From Vicugna vicugna (taxonomy: Eukaryota): a stretch of 64,000 nucleotides of DNA. The notes under the pieces are model-generated. The model searched no databases, was not told where the DNA came from, and saw only the letters and a program-made list of their open reading frames with translations. The first letter of the stretch is position 1; each line of letters opens with the position of its first letter. Location of the stretch: assembly GCA_013265495.1 (NCBI GenBank), contig MU061017.1, forward strand, positions 7,712,180 through 7,776,179, read 5' to 3'. The position numbers and the translations under genes are program-made. Shown here piece after piece: positions 33,307-43,430 of this stretch.

Positions 33307-35678
33307 CTGCACACCTCATTTCATTGTTCTTTGCTTTATTGTGCTTCACAGATACTGTTTTTAAGAGATTAAAGTTTTGTGGGAGCCCTGCTTCCAGGTC
33401 ATCAGTCAGCATCATTTTGCCAACAGCATTTGCTCTCACTTTGTGTCTCTGTGTCACATTTTGGCAATTCTCACAAGCTTTCAAACTTTTTCACTGTATC
33501 ATAATTGTTAGGGTGATCTGTGTTCGGAGATCTTTGGTGCTACTATTATCGCTGTTCTAAGGCACCACGAAACATGCCCAATAAGACAGCAAATTTAATA
33601 AATGTTGTGTGTGTTCTGACTGCACCACCGACTGGTTGTCCCCCCCACCTCGTTCCCTCTCTTCAAGCCCCCCTATTCCCTAAGATACAGTTCTGAAATA
33701 GGCCAGTTAATAACCCTGCAATGGCCATAAGCATTTAAGTGTAAGGAAGAGTTGCATGTTTTTCACTTTAAATCAAAAGCCAGAGATGATTAAGTTTAGT
33801 GAGGAAAGAATGTCAAAAACTGAGGTGGCCCAAAAGCTAAGCCTCTTGCACCAAACAGCCAAGTTCTGAATGCAAAACGAGAAGTTCTTGACACAAATCA
33901 AAAGTGCTCCTCCACTGAACACAGGGATGATGAGAAAGTGAAACAGCCTCACTGCTGACATGGAGAAAGTTTCATGGTCTGGAGGGAAGATCGAACCAGC
34001 CTCAGCATTCCCTTGAGCCAAAGCCTAATCCAGAGCAAGGCCCTAACTTGCTTCAGTTCCGTGAAGGCTGAGAGGTGAGGAAGCTGCAGAAGAAGAGTCT
34101 GAAGCTGGCAGAGGTTGGCTCGTGGGGTTTAAGGGAGGAAGCCGTCTCCATAACGTCCGAGTGCAAGGTGAAGCAGCAGGTGCTTTTGCAGAAGCGGCAG
34201 CAAGTTCTCCAGGAGATCCAGCTCAGATCATTAGTGAAGGTGGCTACACTAAAGAACAGACTTTCAGTGTAGACGAAACAGCCTTCTATTGGAAGAAGAT
34301 GCCACTTACAATCTNNNNNNNNNNNNNNNNNNNNNNNNNNNNNNNNNNNNNNNNNNNNNNNNNNNNNNNNNNNNNNNNNNNNNNNNNNNNNNNNNNNNNN
34401 NNNNNNNNNNNNNNNNNNNNNNNNNNNNNNNNNNNNNNNNNNAGGGCTTTTAAGAATGAGATCTTAAACTGACTCTGTTTGTGTTTATAAATGGAACAAC
34501 AAAGCCTGGATGCCACACATCTGTTGACAGCTTGGTTTACTGAATATTTTATGTCCCCTGGTGAAGCCTACTGCTCAGAGGATTCCTTTCAAAATATTAC
34601 TGCATGTTGACAATGCACCTGGTCACCCAAAGCTCTCATGGAGATGGACTATAGGATTCCTGTGTNNNNNNNNNNNNNNNNNNNNNNNNNNNNNNNNNNN
34701 NNNNNNNNNNNNNNNNNNNNNNNNNNNNNNNNNNNNNNNNNNNNNNNNNNNNNNNNNNNNNNNNNNNNNNNNNNNNNNNNNNNNNNNNNNNNNNNNNNNN
34801 NNNNNNNNNNNNNNNNNNNNNNNNNNNNNNNNNNNNNNNNNNNNNNNNNNNNNNNNNNNNNNNNNNNNNNNNNNNNNNNNNNNNNNNNNNNNNNNNNNNN
34901 NNNNNNNNNNNNNNNNNNNNNNNNNNNNNTCCACATGGACGACTTTGAGGGGTTCAAGGCTCCAGTGGAGGACATCACTGCAGATGCGCTNNNNNNNNNN
35001 NNNNNNNNNNNNNNNNNNNNNNNNNNNNNNNNNNNNNNNNNNNNNNNNNNNNNNNNNNNNNNNNNNNNNNNNNNNNNNNNNNNNNNNNNNNNNNNNNNNN
35101 NNNNNNNNNNNNNNNNNNNNNNNNNNNNNNNNNNNNNNNNNNNNNNNNNNNNNNNNNNNNNNNNNNNNNCGCAGGTCTTAGAAAATCACATAAACTTAGT
35201 TGATAAAGTAGCGGCAGGGTTTGAGCGGATTGACTCCAATTTTGAAAGAAGTTCTCCTGCGGGTAAAATACCATCAAATGTTGCACACTACAGAGAAATC
35301 ATTCGTAAAAGGAAGAGTCAATCGATGCAGCAAACTTCATCCTTGTCTTATTTAAGAAGTTGCCCCAGCCACCCCAGCCTTCAGCAACCACCACTCTGTT
35401 CAGTCAGCGGCCATCAGAATTGAGGCAAGACCCTCACCAGCTAAAAGGTTACAGACTCAGATGATGGTCTACACTTTGTAGCAATAGCGTATTTTTAAAT
35501 TAAGGTGTATACGTTGTGTTTTAAGACACAATGCTGTTGCACAGTTAATAGGCTACAGTATAGTGTAAACATAACTTTTACAGGTGCTGGGAAACCAAAA
35601 ACTTTGTGTAACTTTATTGTGATGTTGGCTTTACCGTAGTGGTCTGGAGCCGAACCCACAGCATCTGAGCTGCGCCTG
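33307..35678 (+). mobile_element. Near full-length Tigger1 (pogo/Tc1-mariner) DNA transposon with decayed transposase
   Basis: Both TIRs recognisable (ctgcacacctcatttcattg ... gagctgcgcctg); about 2.37 kb against a roughly 2.4 kb consensus; transposase remnants IISEGGYTKEQTFSVDETAFYWKKMP, FKILLHVDNAPGHP and AAGFERIDSNFERSS; frame stops at codon 6 (ATG 33721, TAA 33736-33738). Contains gaps 34315-34442, 34666-34929 and 34991-35169. Confidence 0.95.
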
Positions 35679-35764
35679 TGTGTAAATGCTGGGCCTTACT
35701 GCACTTAGAGGGCAAAAATGTCCCCCAGATTTCCAGAAAGCCCCACAAGGCTCCTGTTAAGAAC

Positions 35765-35940
35765 CACTCACTGGCTTTGGAGTCAGAGAAACTTGGATCA
35801 AATTCTGTCTCCAGCTGTGTGACCTTGGGCAAGCGAGTTAGCCTCTTTGAGCTCCTGGCTCCTCATCTGTAAACCTCACAGAACCGTGGCTGCCCCCTGT
35901 GTGGATGAGAGGCATTAATGAGATGTGGTATTTTAAAGCT
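35765..35940 (+). mobile_element. MIR SINE
   Basis: ctttggagtcagagaaacttggatcaaattctgtctccagctgtgtgaccttgggcaag ... ctcatctgtaaa. Confidence 0.85.
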
Positions 35941-36271
35941 TTTTGCACGGGGCTGACTTCCCCTCCCACGTCTTTTGTTCCAGGTACCCATCTCCTGGTC
36001 ATTTTCATAATATCCTTCCAGCTCACCTTTCTTCTGTACTTCACCTTGGAGAGCAGTTTTGCCTCCCTCTGGCCATGGCGGCCTGCTGCTCCCCTCTCCC
36101 ACCTCTGAGGCTCCCTGGGCCACCAGCTCAGCAGCCTAGCCCCTGCTTCCTCCTTGCCCTCCAACGCCCCATCCTCTCCGACCTCCCTGGGCCTCTGAAG
36201 GTCCTTCAGCTTGTTGTCTGCACCACCCAGTTGGGGTGGGGGGTGGTGGGCAGAGTGGAGCTCTCAGGAGC

Positions 36272-36404
36272 NNNNNNNNNNNNNNNNNNNNNNNNNNNNN
36301 NNNNNNNNNNNNNNNNNNNNNNNNNNNNNNNNNNNNNNNNNNNNNNNNNNNNNNNNNNNNNNNNNNNNNNNNNNNNNNNNNNNNNNNNNNNNNNNNNNNN
36401 NNNN
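36272..36404. other. Assembly gap (133 N), followed by a short antisense L1 ORF2 piece (36405-36445)
   Basis: N run; gtcttctgcccaatttttgattgtgttgtttttt is the reverse complement of the L1 KKTNNPIKKWAKD region. Confidence 0.85.
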
Positions 36405-36459
36405 GTCTTCTGCCCAATTTTTGATTGTGTTGTTTTTTCATATTGGGCTATGGGAGACA

Positions 36460-37130
36460 ATATTTTGAGTAAAGCAAGGTCATGATCTGACTTCAGTTTT
36501 GAAGGAATCACTCTGGTTGCAAGGGAAGACGCAGGGAGACCAATTTAGGAGGCGCTTGCTGGCATCCAGGTGAGAGATGATGTTGACTTGCACCAGGTAT
36601 AGCAGCACAGGGAGTAAGAAGTGATGGAATCTGGACAGATTTTGAAGGTCAAAGAGAATTTCCTGATGATTTAAATATGAGATGTGAGAGTAAGAGAGGT
36701 ATCAAGAAGCGACCACAAGGTTTGGGGCTCGGCTCTTGAAGGACGGAGTTGGCATTTGCTGCAATAGGGAAGGGGGCTGGGCTGATTTGGGATTAGGACC
36801 TACGAGAGTCCAGTTTTGGTGAGTCTGAGGATACCTGTTAGACGACTGTGCAGTGACAGTTGGAGTGTGAGTCTGGAGTTCAAGCGACTGGATATAGACT
36901 TGGAAGTCATCAGCATATACATAATACTTAAAGCCATGAGACTGGATTTGTGTAGATAGAGAAGAGAACCAAGGGCAAAGCTCTGGGGCACTTCAAAATT
37001 AAGAACTCAAAGAGACGAGGAGGCGCCACCAGGCATAAGAGGAAAACCAGGTGAGCATGGTTTCCCGGAAGTGAAGGAAAGAGTGATCTGCTTTGATGCA
37101 TGTCCTGGGAGATCCAGTAGTGTGAGGACC
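36460..37130 (-). mobile_element. L2 relic
   Basis: catgatctgacttcagttttgaaggaatcactctggttgc ... ttggaagtcatcagcatatac ... aagccatgagactggat. Confidence 0.85.
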
Positions 37131-37763
37131 GAGAAGCGGGTCCCCTCCTGGGGGGACTTCTGCTTCACTTTACTTTTTAATGCTCCACATTTTTGTTGTT
37201 GTTGTTCCAAGGGTGATGGTCTGGGGAAGAGCAGCTGAGCCTAGGATCTTCTCAAACTGTCCTGTGCTTTGCAAGAAGGTGGTAGAATGTTCCAAAGAGG
37301 ACAAGGCTGGCCCGAGCTGGTGCATTTTGGGGAGAACAGAGTTGGAGAAGGAGAAGACGTGTATGACCTAGGGGCTCCTCTAAAGTTCTCAGGTTTAATA
37401 GCCAGTGAACAGGTTCTCCAAGGTGTCCTGAAGCCATTATCTCCTGCTGCTCAGCCCAGCCCAGGCTCTGAGGGCTGGGTGTACTGCAGGGAAAGTGTAT
37501 CTAGTACATGTGACCATTTAGAAATCCTACCATCTGTCCATTCCCTCTCCTCTCTGAAGCTTTCCCTGCCCATCCTATCCCCAACATTGCTTTGAAATAT
37601 TGTTATTTAAACCTCTTTTTGGACACTTAGGATGTATCTGCTGTTACTGTCACTGTCTCATCTGTGTCTGTGTCCTGCCTCCTGAATTACTTATAACCCA
37701 CTGCAGGCTAGTGAATTATGCCACGTCCTATCTCCTGTTCACGGTGGGTTCAGGATGGTGTGG

Positions 37764-37846
37764 TGCTGAATTTATTTATTAGCTCTTGTAGGGTTTTTTT
37801 GGTGGATTCTTTGAGATTTCCTATATTTAGATAAATGTCATTTGCA
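37764..37846 (-). mobile_element. Inverted L1 ORF2 RT-domain segment
   Basis: Minus strand translates ANDIYLNIGNLKESTKKTLQELINKFS, homologous to L1 (F)ADDMILYIENPKESTKKLLELINKFS. Confidence 0.85.
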
Positions 37847-39061
37847 CAAGAATGAAGGTGGGCTGCTACCTCAATCCATGTGTAAAATTTAACGCCAAAT
37901 GGATCAAAAGCCTGAGTATACTAACTAAAATGATAAAGCTATTAGAAGAAAACGTAGGGGTACATCTTCATGGCCTTAGATGTGGCACCAAAAACATAAG
38001 CAACCCAAGAAAAGATAGATAAATCAGACTTCATCAACATTAAAAACTCTGGTGATTCAAAGGACATAATCAAAAAATGAAAAGACAGCCTACAGAATGG
38101 GAGTAAACATTTGCAAATCAAATATTTGGTAAGGGCTAATAAGTAATAAGAACTCGTATAACTCAACAGCAAAAAGACAAACAGCGCAATTAAAAAATGG
38201 ACAGTGGACTTAGCTAGTCATTTCTCCAAAGTCCGAATGCTCAACAAATGTGTGAAAAAGATGTTAAACTCCATTGGTTATTAAGGAAATGCAAACCAAA
38301 ACCACAATGAAATACCACATCATATCCCCTAGGTTGGCTTTATATGAAAAATAAAACCAAAAACACCCAGAAAATAACTGTCATTGGCAAGGATGTGGAG
38401 AAATAGGAACTTTTATATGTTGCTGGTGGGAACGCAAAATGGTGCAGTCGCTGTGGAAAACAGTTCGGCAGTTCTTCAAAAAGTTAAACATAGAATTAAC
38501 ATATGGCCTAACAGTTTCACTCATAGGTATGTACCTAAAAGAAATGAAAACATATGTCCACGTAAAAACTTGTATATGAATGTTTATAGCATCATTAAAA
38601 GGTAGAGACAACCCAAATGTCCACCAACAGATGAAGGCGTGGGCAAATTGTGGTGTATACATGCAGTGGACNNNNNNNNNNNNNNNNNNNNNNNNNNNNN
38701 NNNNNNNNNNNNNNNNNNNNNNNNNNNNNNNNNNNNNNNNNNNNNNNNNNNNNNNNNNNNNNNNNNNNNNNNNNNNNNNNNNNNNNNNNNNNNNNNNNNN
38801 NNNNNNNNNNNNNNNNNNNNNNNNNNNNNNNNNNNNNNNNNNNNNNNNNNNNNNNNNNNNNNNNNNNNAGGTGTTGGGGGTGGGGCATTTCCTTAAAGGG
38901 TGTGAGGTGTTCTTCCAGGGTGATGAAAAAGTTTTGAAACCAGAGAGAGGTGATTGTGGTACCACACTGTGAATGCATGCACTAAATACCACCTCGTTGT
39001 ACACTATAAAATGTATGCATAAAATTATATGTACTGTGTGAATTTCAGCTCAATTGAAAAA
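37843..39061 (+). mobile_element. L1MB-like LINE-1 3' portion (ORF2 C-terminus and 3' UTR); contains a 197-N gap at 38672-38868
   Basis: Translates CTRMKVGCYLNPCVKFNAKWIKSLSILTKMIKLLEENVG, like L1 [24 protein letters not shown]...; 3' UTR ggtgatgaaaaagttttgaaac ... gtacactataaaa. Confidence 0.9.
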
Positions 39062-39110
39062 CAAGCAGGTGGCGGGGTTTGGCCTGTGGGCCATAGTTTG
39101 CTGACCTCTG
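39057..39110 (-). mobile_element. MER58A-like hAT terminus
   Basis: ggtttggcctgtgggccatagtttgctgacctctg is the antisense of the MER58 CAGGGGTCGGCAAAC terminus. Confidence 0.75.
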
Positions 39111-39118
39111 TCCTAGAG

Positions 39119-39346
39119 CTCTGTTTTCCCAACTGCAGGTCAAGACCCATTAGTAAGTTGGGAAATCAATTCAGTGGGTCACATCTAGCAATTTTAGAAA
39201 AATGAAAAAGAATGGAATAGAACATGTCAGGGGTGTCACAGACATAAAGAGCTATTGCCTCATGAAGTGTTTGTTTCAGTTTTATATATACATGTAGGTC
39301 CTGGTTAATGATGTGGTATATATTTCTTTTTATTGGTCATGATTAA
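39119..39346. mobile_element. Non-autonomous hAT-Charlie element (family uncertain), split by the MER21 LTR; last bases at 40248-40271
   Basis: caactgcaggtcaagacccattagt ... tcaattcagtgggtcac; terminal caaagccact after the LTR. Confidence 0.6.
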
Positions 39347-40247
39347 TGTATAAGAAAAGCCCAGTAGTCTTTCCCTCCTGCGTGTCTCCTTTACTGCTCT
39401 CGCACACTTCACTTCTGGTCACCAAACGTGGGGAGGTTTTTCCCACACTGAGCAATTTTCTGGGACGCCAACTGGGTGTCTTACCATGTAGCTCGGTTCT
39501 GGCGCTGTCTGCCGACGCTGTCTGCCTGGATGTAGTGTCCGCTCCCTCAGGTTAAGGTCCAACAAGACTGCCCCCCTCCCCGGCAAGTAGGAGGTCTCCA
39601 GGTTACTCACAACTTCTCTCTGATTTAACTGCAAATTGGAGGTTCCCACAGCCCCCTCCTGAGGTTCAATGAACTTGCTAGAGCGGCTCACAGGACTCAG
39701 GAAAGCACGTACACTTACCTATTTATTAAAGGGTCTGATAAAGGGTACAGGTCAACAGCCAGGTGGAGATACGTAAGTGAAGTCTGGAAGGACCTGAGGG
39801 CAGAAGCTGCTCTCCCCTGGATTTGGGGTGCATCATCCTCTGGGTGTGAATGTGTTTGCCAGCCTGGAAGCTCTCCAAACCCAGTACTTTGGGGATTTTT
39901 CTGGAGGCTTCCTCACATAGGCATCAGTGATCAATTATTAACTCCCTTTCCAGCACTTCTCCCTTCTCAAATGAGTAGGGGGTGGGACTGAAAATTCCGA
40001 GCTGCTAATCCTGGCGTGGTCTTTCCAGTGACCAGCCAGCCCCCATCCAGGAGCCCACCCAGAGCTGCCTCATTAGAACGAGACACTCTTATCACCCGGG
40101 CAACCGCAAGAGTTTTGGGGGCCCTGTGACCTCAAAGACCAAAGATGAGAACAAAAGTGCTCTTACCACTGAGGAAATCCCGAGGGTCTCAGGAGCTCTG
40201 TGCCAGAAGCAGGGATGAAGACCAAATACAGAAATCACAACATCACA
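39347..40247 (-). mobile_element. MER21-like ERVL solo LTR
   Basis: TG...CA ends; aagactgccccc, gaggttcccacagccccctcctgaggttcaat, ggaggcttcctcacataggcat and gaagaccaaatacagaaatcacaacatcaca are MER21 hallmarks. Confidence 0.85.
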
Positions 40248-40795
40248 GTTACTAGAACTTCAAAGCCACTTTTTACATAGTTCTGTGGCCTCTTCCTTGG
40301 GTCAAGTCCAGTGCCAAAGTCTAAAGCCAGTTTTCACTTTCCACTCATTGCCCCCAGGGTCCCAGGGCCTCGGGCTCCTGTCCGACATCCTCTTTAGCCA
40401 CAGCGAGGCCTCCAGGACATCCCACTCCCAGGATTGGCCCCTCACCAGAGAACTGCTTCCCAGCAGCCAGCTGTCTGTGAGCACTGGGCAGGCGCTGGAA
40501 CTGAGTCCATCTGGTGTCTCCTCAGGGGAGATGCAGGGACCTCTTCTTGCCTGTTTGCAGGAGTTTGGTGATCTAGCCTAAAATCCATGCCTCTCCCGGG
40601 AAAGGACCGAAGGCCCCAGAGCTGACCCTAACCCCATCTTTGCCTGTAACTCTTTTCACATGTTTCTGCTGCCAGCCCCACTCCTCTTGCTGCTCTGGGT
40701 AGAGCAGATTTCTGATCATCGTTCAGACTCGATTTCTACTGGTCTCCCAGATGATTCAGCCCCAGGGTTTTGTTCACAGCTCTCCTTTTCCAGCT

Positions 40796-41027
40796 CCCAG
40801 GAGTGGGATTGCTGGATCATAGGATAAGCCTATTTTTAGTTTTTTTTTTTAAGGAATTTCTACACTGTTTTCCGCAATGGCTGCACCAAACTACATTCCC
40901 ACCAACAGTGTAGGAGGATCCCCTTTTCTCCACACCCTCCCCAGCACTTATCGTTTGTAGACTTTTGAATGATGGCCGTTGTGACTGGTGTGAGTGATAC
41001 TCATTGTAGTTTTGATTTGCATTTCTC
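40796..41027 (-). mobile_element. Young lineage-specific L1 ORF2 fragment (zinc-knuckle region), truncated at both ends
   Basis: Minus strand encodes EMQIKTTM...[25 protein letters not shown]...YDPAIPLLG; low divergence; no 3' UTR, poly(A) or TSD seen. Confidence 0.9.
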
Positions 41028-41099
41028 AGCGCCCCGTTTTGGTGACAGACTGACAGAGGTAAGGGGGAGTGATGGACAGGCTGGGCAGCCGTAGTGCTA

Positions 41100-41575
41100 T
41101 ACCACGATGACTCTCATTTATTTGGCTCACGCGTCTTCACGGGCAGGGCTCAATGGGAGGGTTTAGAAGGCCTGTCTCTGCTCCATGTAGCACCCACTGG
41201 GGTGGCTGGGTGGGCATGTGTGCCACTGGAGGACCTACTTCCAGAGGGCTCGCCATGGCTGGAGGCTAGGGCCTGAACCGGAAGGGGGCCTCTCTTCCTC
41301 TGCGTGGACCTCTCCGTGTGGATGCCTCTGCATTCCTTACAGCATGGTGCCTGGGTTCTAAGACAGCAACCCAAAAGAACTGTGCAGAAGGCATACTGCC
41401 TTTTCGGGCTGGCCCAGCAGAAGTCACATAGCATCACTTCCACTGAAGTCGCAAGCCCACCTGGGGTCCAGAGGAGGGGCCATAGGCCCCACCTTCCATG
41501 GGAGATGTGCCAGTCTCGTCATTAGAACAGAATATGGGGTGGGAGATACTTCTGTGACCATTTCTGGAAAACACC
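41100..41575 (-). mobile_element. MLT1 (MaLR) LTR relic
   Basis: catttatttggctcacg ... gggcagggctcaatggg ... ctgtctctgctccatgtagc ... ccttacagcatggtgcctgggttc. Confidence 0.75.
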
Positions 41576-42547
41576 ATCTCCATCTGAGCCACGGAGAAGG
41601 AATAGCCATATTTGGATGTTACCATATACGTGGAGCCCTAAAGGACTCAGTGAAGCGGTGAGGGGTAGAAGGTGCAGAGGAAGTGAATCCCGCCACTGGC
41701 ACAAGGAGCCTTGTTTCTGCTCTGGAGGTGGGGGTGAGGGTGGGGGAAGCACAAAGCTTTTGATCTGCTTCTTTGATATATGTGAGCGACCCTTTGTGAG
41801 AAAAACACTAATGGGATTTGTGTGTGTCGAGTCTCCCCGTCCCCCCACCTCTAGCTCAGCTCAACAGAAATCCCCGATGAATAATCCTCGCCAGGAAGAG
41901 ACCAGAAATATCCTCTACTTAACAGCCGGGCAGAGGCGGGGATGAGCGCAGGGCTCAGAGGGACAGCCCCAGCAGCTGGCAGGTTGGCTGCTGTGGTTTT
42001 TTTTTTCCTTGAGAATCTCTGGGTTCTGGAACAGAGCCACATCCAGGGAGATGCCCCGGGCCTGGTGCTCCTTGTGGGGACGTGAACGGGCTCCAGAAGA
42101 CAGAGGCAGCTGCTTGACTCAGAAGTGAAGCGGCCCCTCTAAAGGTTAACTGCCCTCAGCTGTGTAGGGCCAGAAAGCAGTGGCAGGGGCCCACTGTCCT
42201 CGTGGCCTCCCGGGCCGCCCGGGCTGAAGTCTCTCCTTTGCGTCCGTCCGGAGCTCTGCTGTGAGGCCCAGGATGTCTGTCCACAGACTCCTCTTCTGGC
42301 TCCCACCCCCCGACACGCTCCCACACCATGGGAAGTTGGTCTGTGTGTTTGTAGGACTCCAGCAAGCCAGCTGGCGCCTTGCTAATGGCCCGGAGCCTGA
42401 GCAAAGTCAGGGCAGTCACCTTTACCTGCTTGGCCTGCGGGTATTTATAAAACCCAGGAGCCTGGGGGCAGCCTGTGGACTGGATGTATATAAATAGCCC
42501 TCGGGAGGACCTGCCAGCTTGGGAATTCAGAATCCTTTCTGAGCCAT

Positions 42548-42712
42548 CATTTTCCAAGGGAGGCCCAAGGATCACCTATTTAGAATCTTACCTGGAGAGC
42601 CTCTTAAGAATGTAGATTTCCGACATACTGAAATCTAGATTCTCGGAATCTGGCACCTGCATTTTCACAAGCATCCAGCGATTCCCAGGAATTCTGAAGT
42701 TCGAGACCCACT
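42548..42712. mobile_element. MER5A/B fragment
   Basis: ggatcacctatttagaatcttacctgg ... aatgtagatttc ... ctgcattttcacaagcatcc ... aagttcgagacccactg. Confidence 0.75.
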
Positions 42713-43257
42713 GGTGGTCCCTTCTCCCAGCCTAGGCTGCCGAGAACAGCCGTCCCCTCTCCTCTGTCTGCGCCTGGTGGTGTTACGTGCTGGAGATAGG
42801 AGAGTAAATAAGATATGGTATCTGCCAGGGAGGGGATAATTGTTTCTAGAAATTCCTGCGCTAAGTGCTACCATCTGAAAATGAGGCTTCACTTCTTGAC
42901 CCCTCTCCTCACCTTCTGCCGGGGTTTTAGAATGACCTCCTAAGGGATTCTCTACAAATGCTGACGAGCTTATAGGAAATAAAAGGTGAGTTTCATAGGC
43001 GTTCTGGGGAATGGATGCCATCTGGTTTGGCAGTGTGGGATTTGAATAATAACTGTGTTCATGTGTGGTACCTTTGACTGTCCCTGAAGACAGACAAATC
43101 TAGAAGTATTTGTTCCACACACAGAAGGCTTCGGACAGCTGTTCACCCATTTCCCAAAGCCCTTTCCTTTCTAAAGTTTTTTTAGGTTTTCTGATTATAC
43201 CAAAGAGAGTCTTCAGTTTTTTGTAACAAAAAAAAGCAGAATATTGTAGAAGAGAGA

Positions 43258-43430
43258 GTCCTGGGCAGAGAGTGAGATGATCGGAGTTCAAGTCCCTCTC
43301 GGGCACCTGTGACCTGTGAGATGTAGAGTGTGTCTTTGTGTCTGCATTTTCCCGTCTGCCATATTGATGCCTTCCCGCCCGCCTCATAGGAATCAAACAG
43401 ATGCAGTAAGTGCGGTGCTCTGAAAACAGA
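43258..43430 (+). mobile_element. MIR SINE relic
   Basis: ggagttcaagtccctc ... ctgtgacctgtgag ... gcctcatagg. Confidence 0.5.

Noticed and set aside
33721-35423. Domesticated Tigger transposase (TIGD-like) gene
   Set aside because: Early stop (TAA 33736-33738), several frameshifts and retained TIRs indicate a dead element; the long ORFs exist only because N-runs translate as X.
977-42121. Isolated AP-1 heptamers (e.g. 2071, 7195, 16302, 30602, 31591)
   Set aside because: About eight are expected by chance in 64 kb; only clustered or extended ARE instances were kept.
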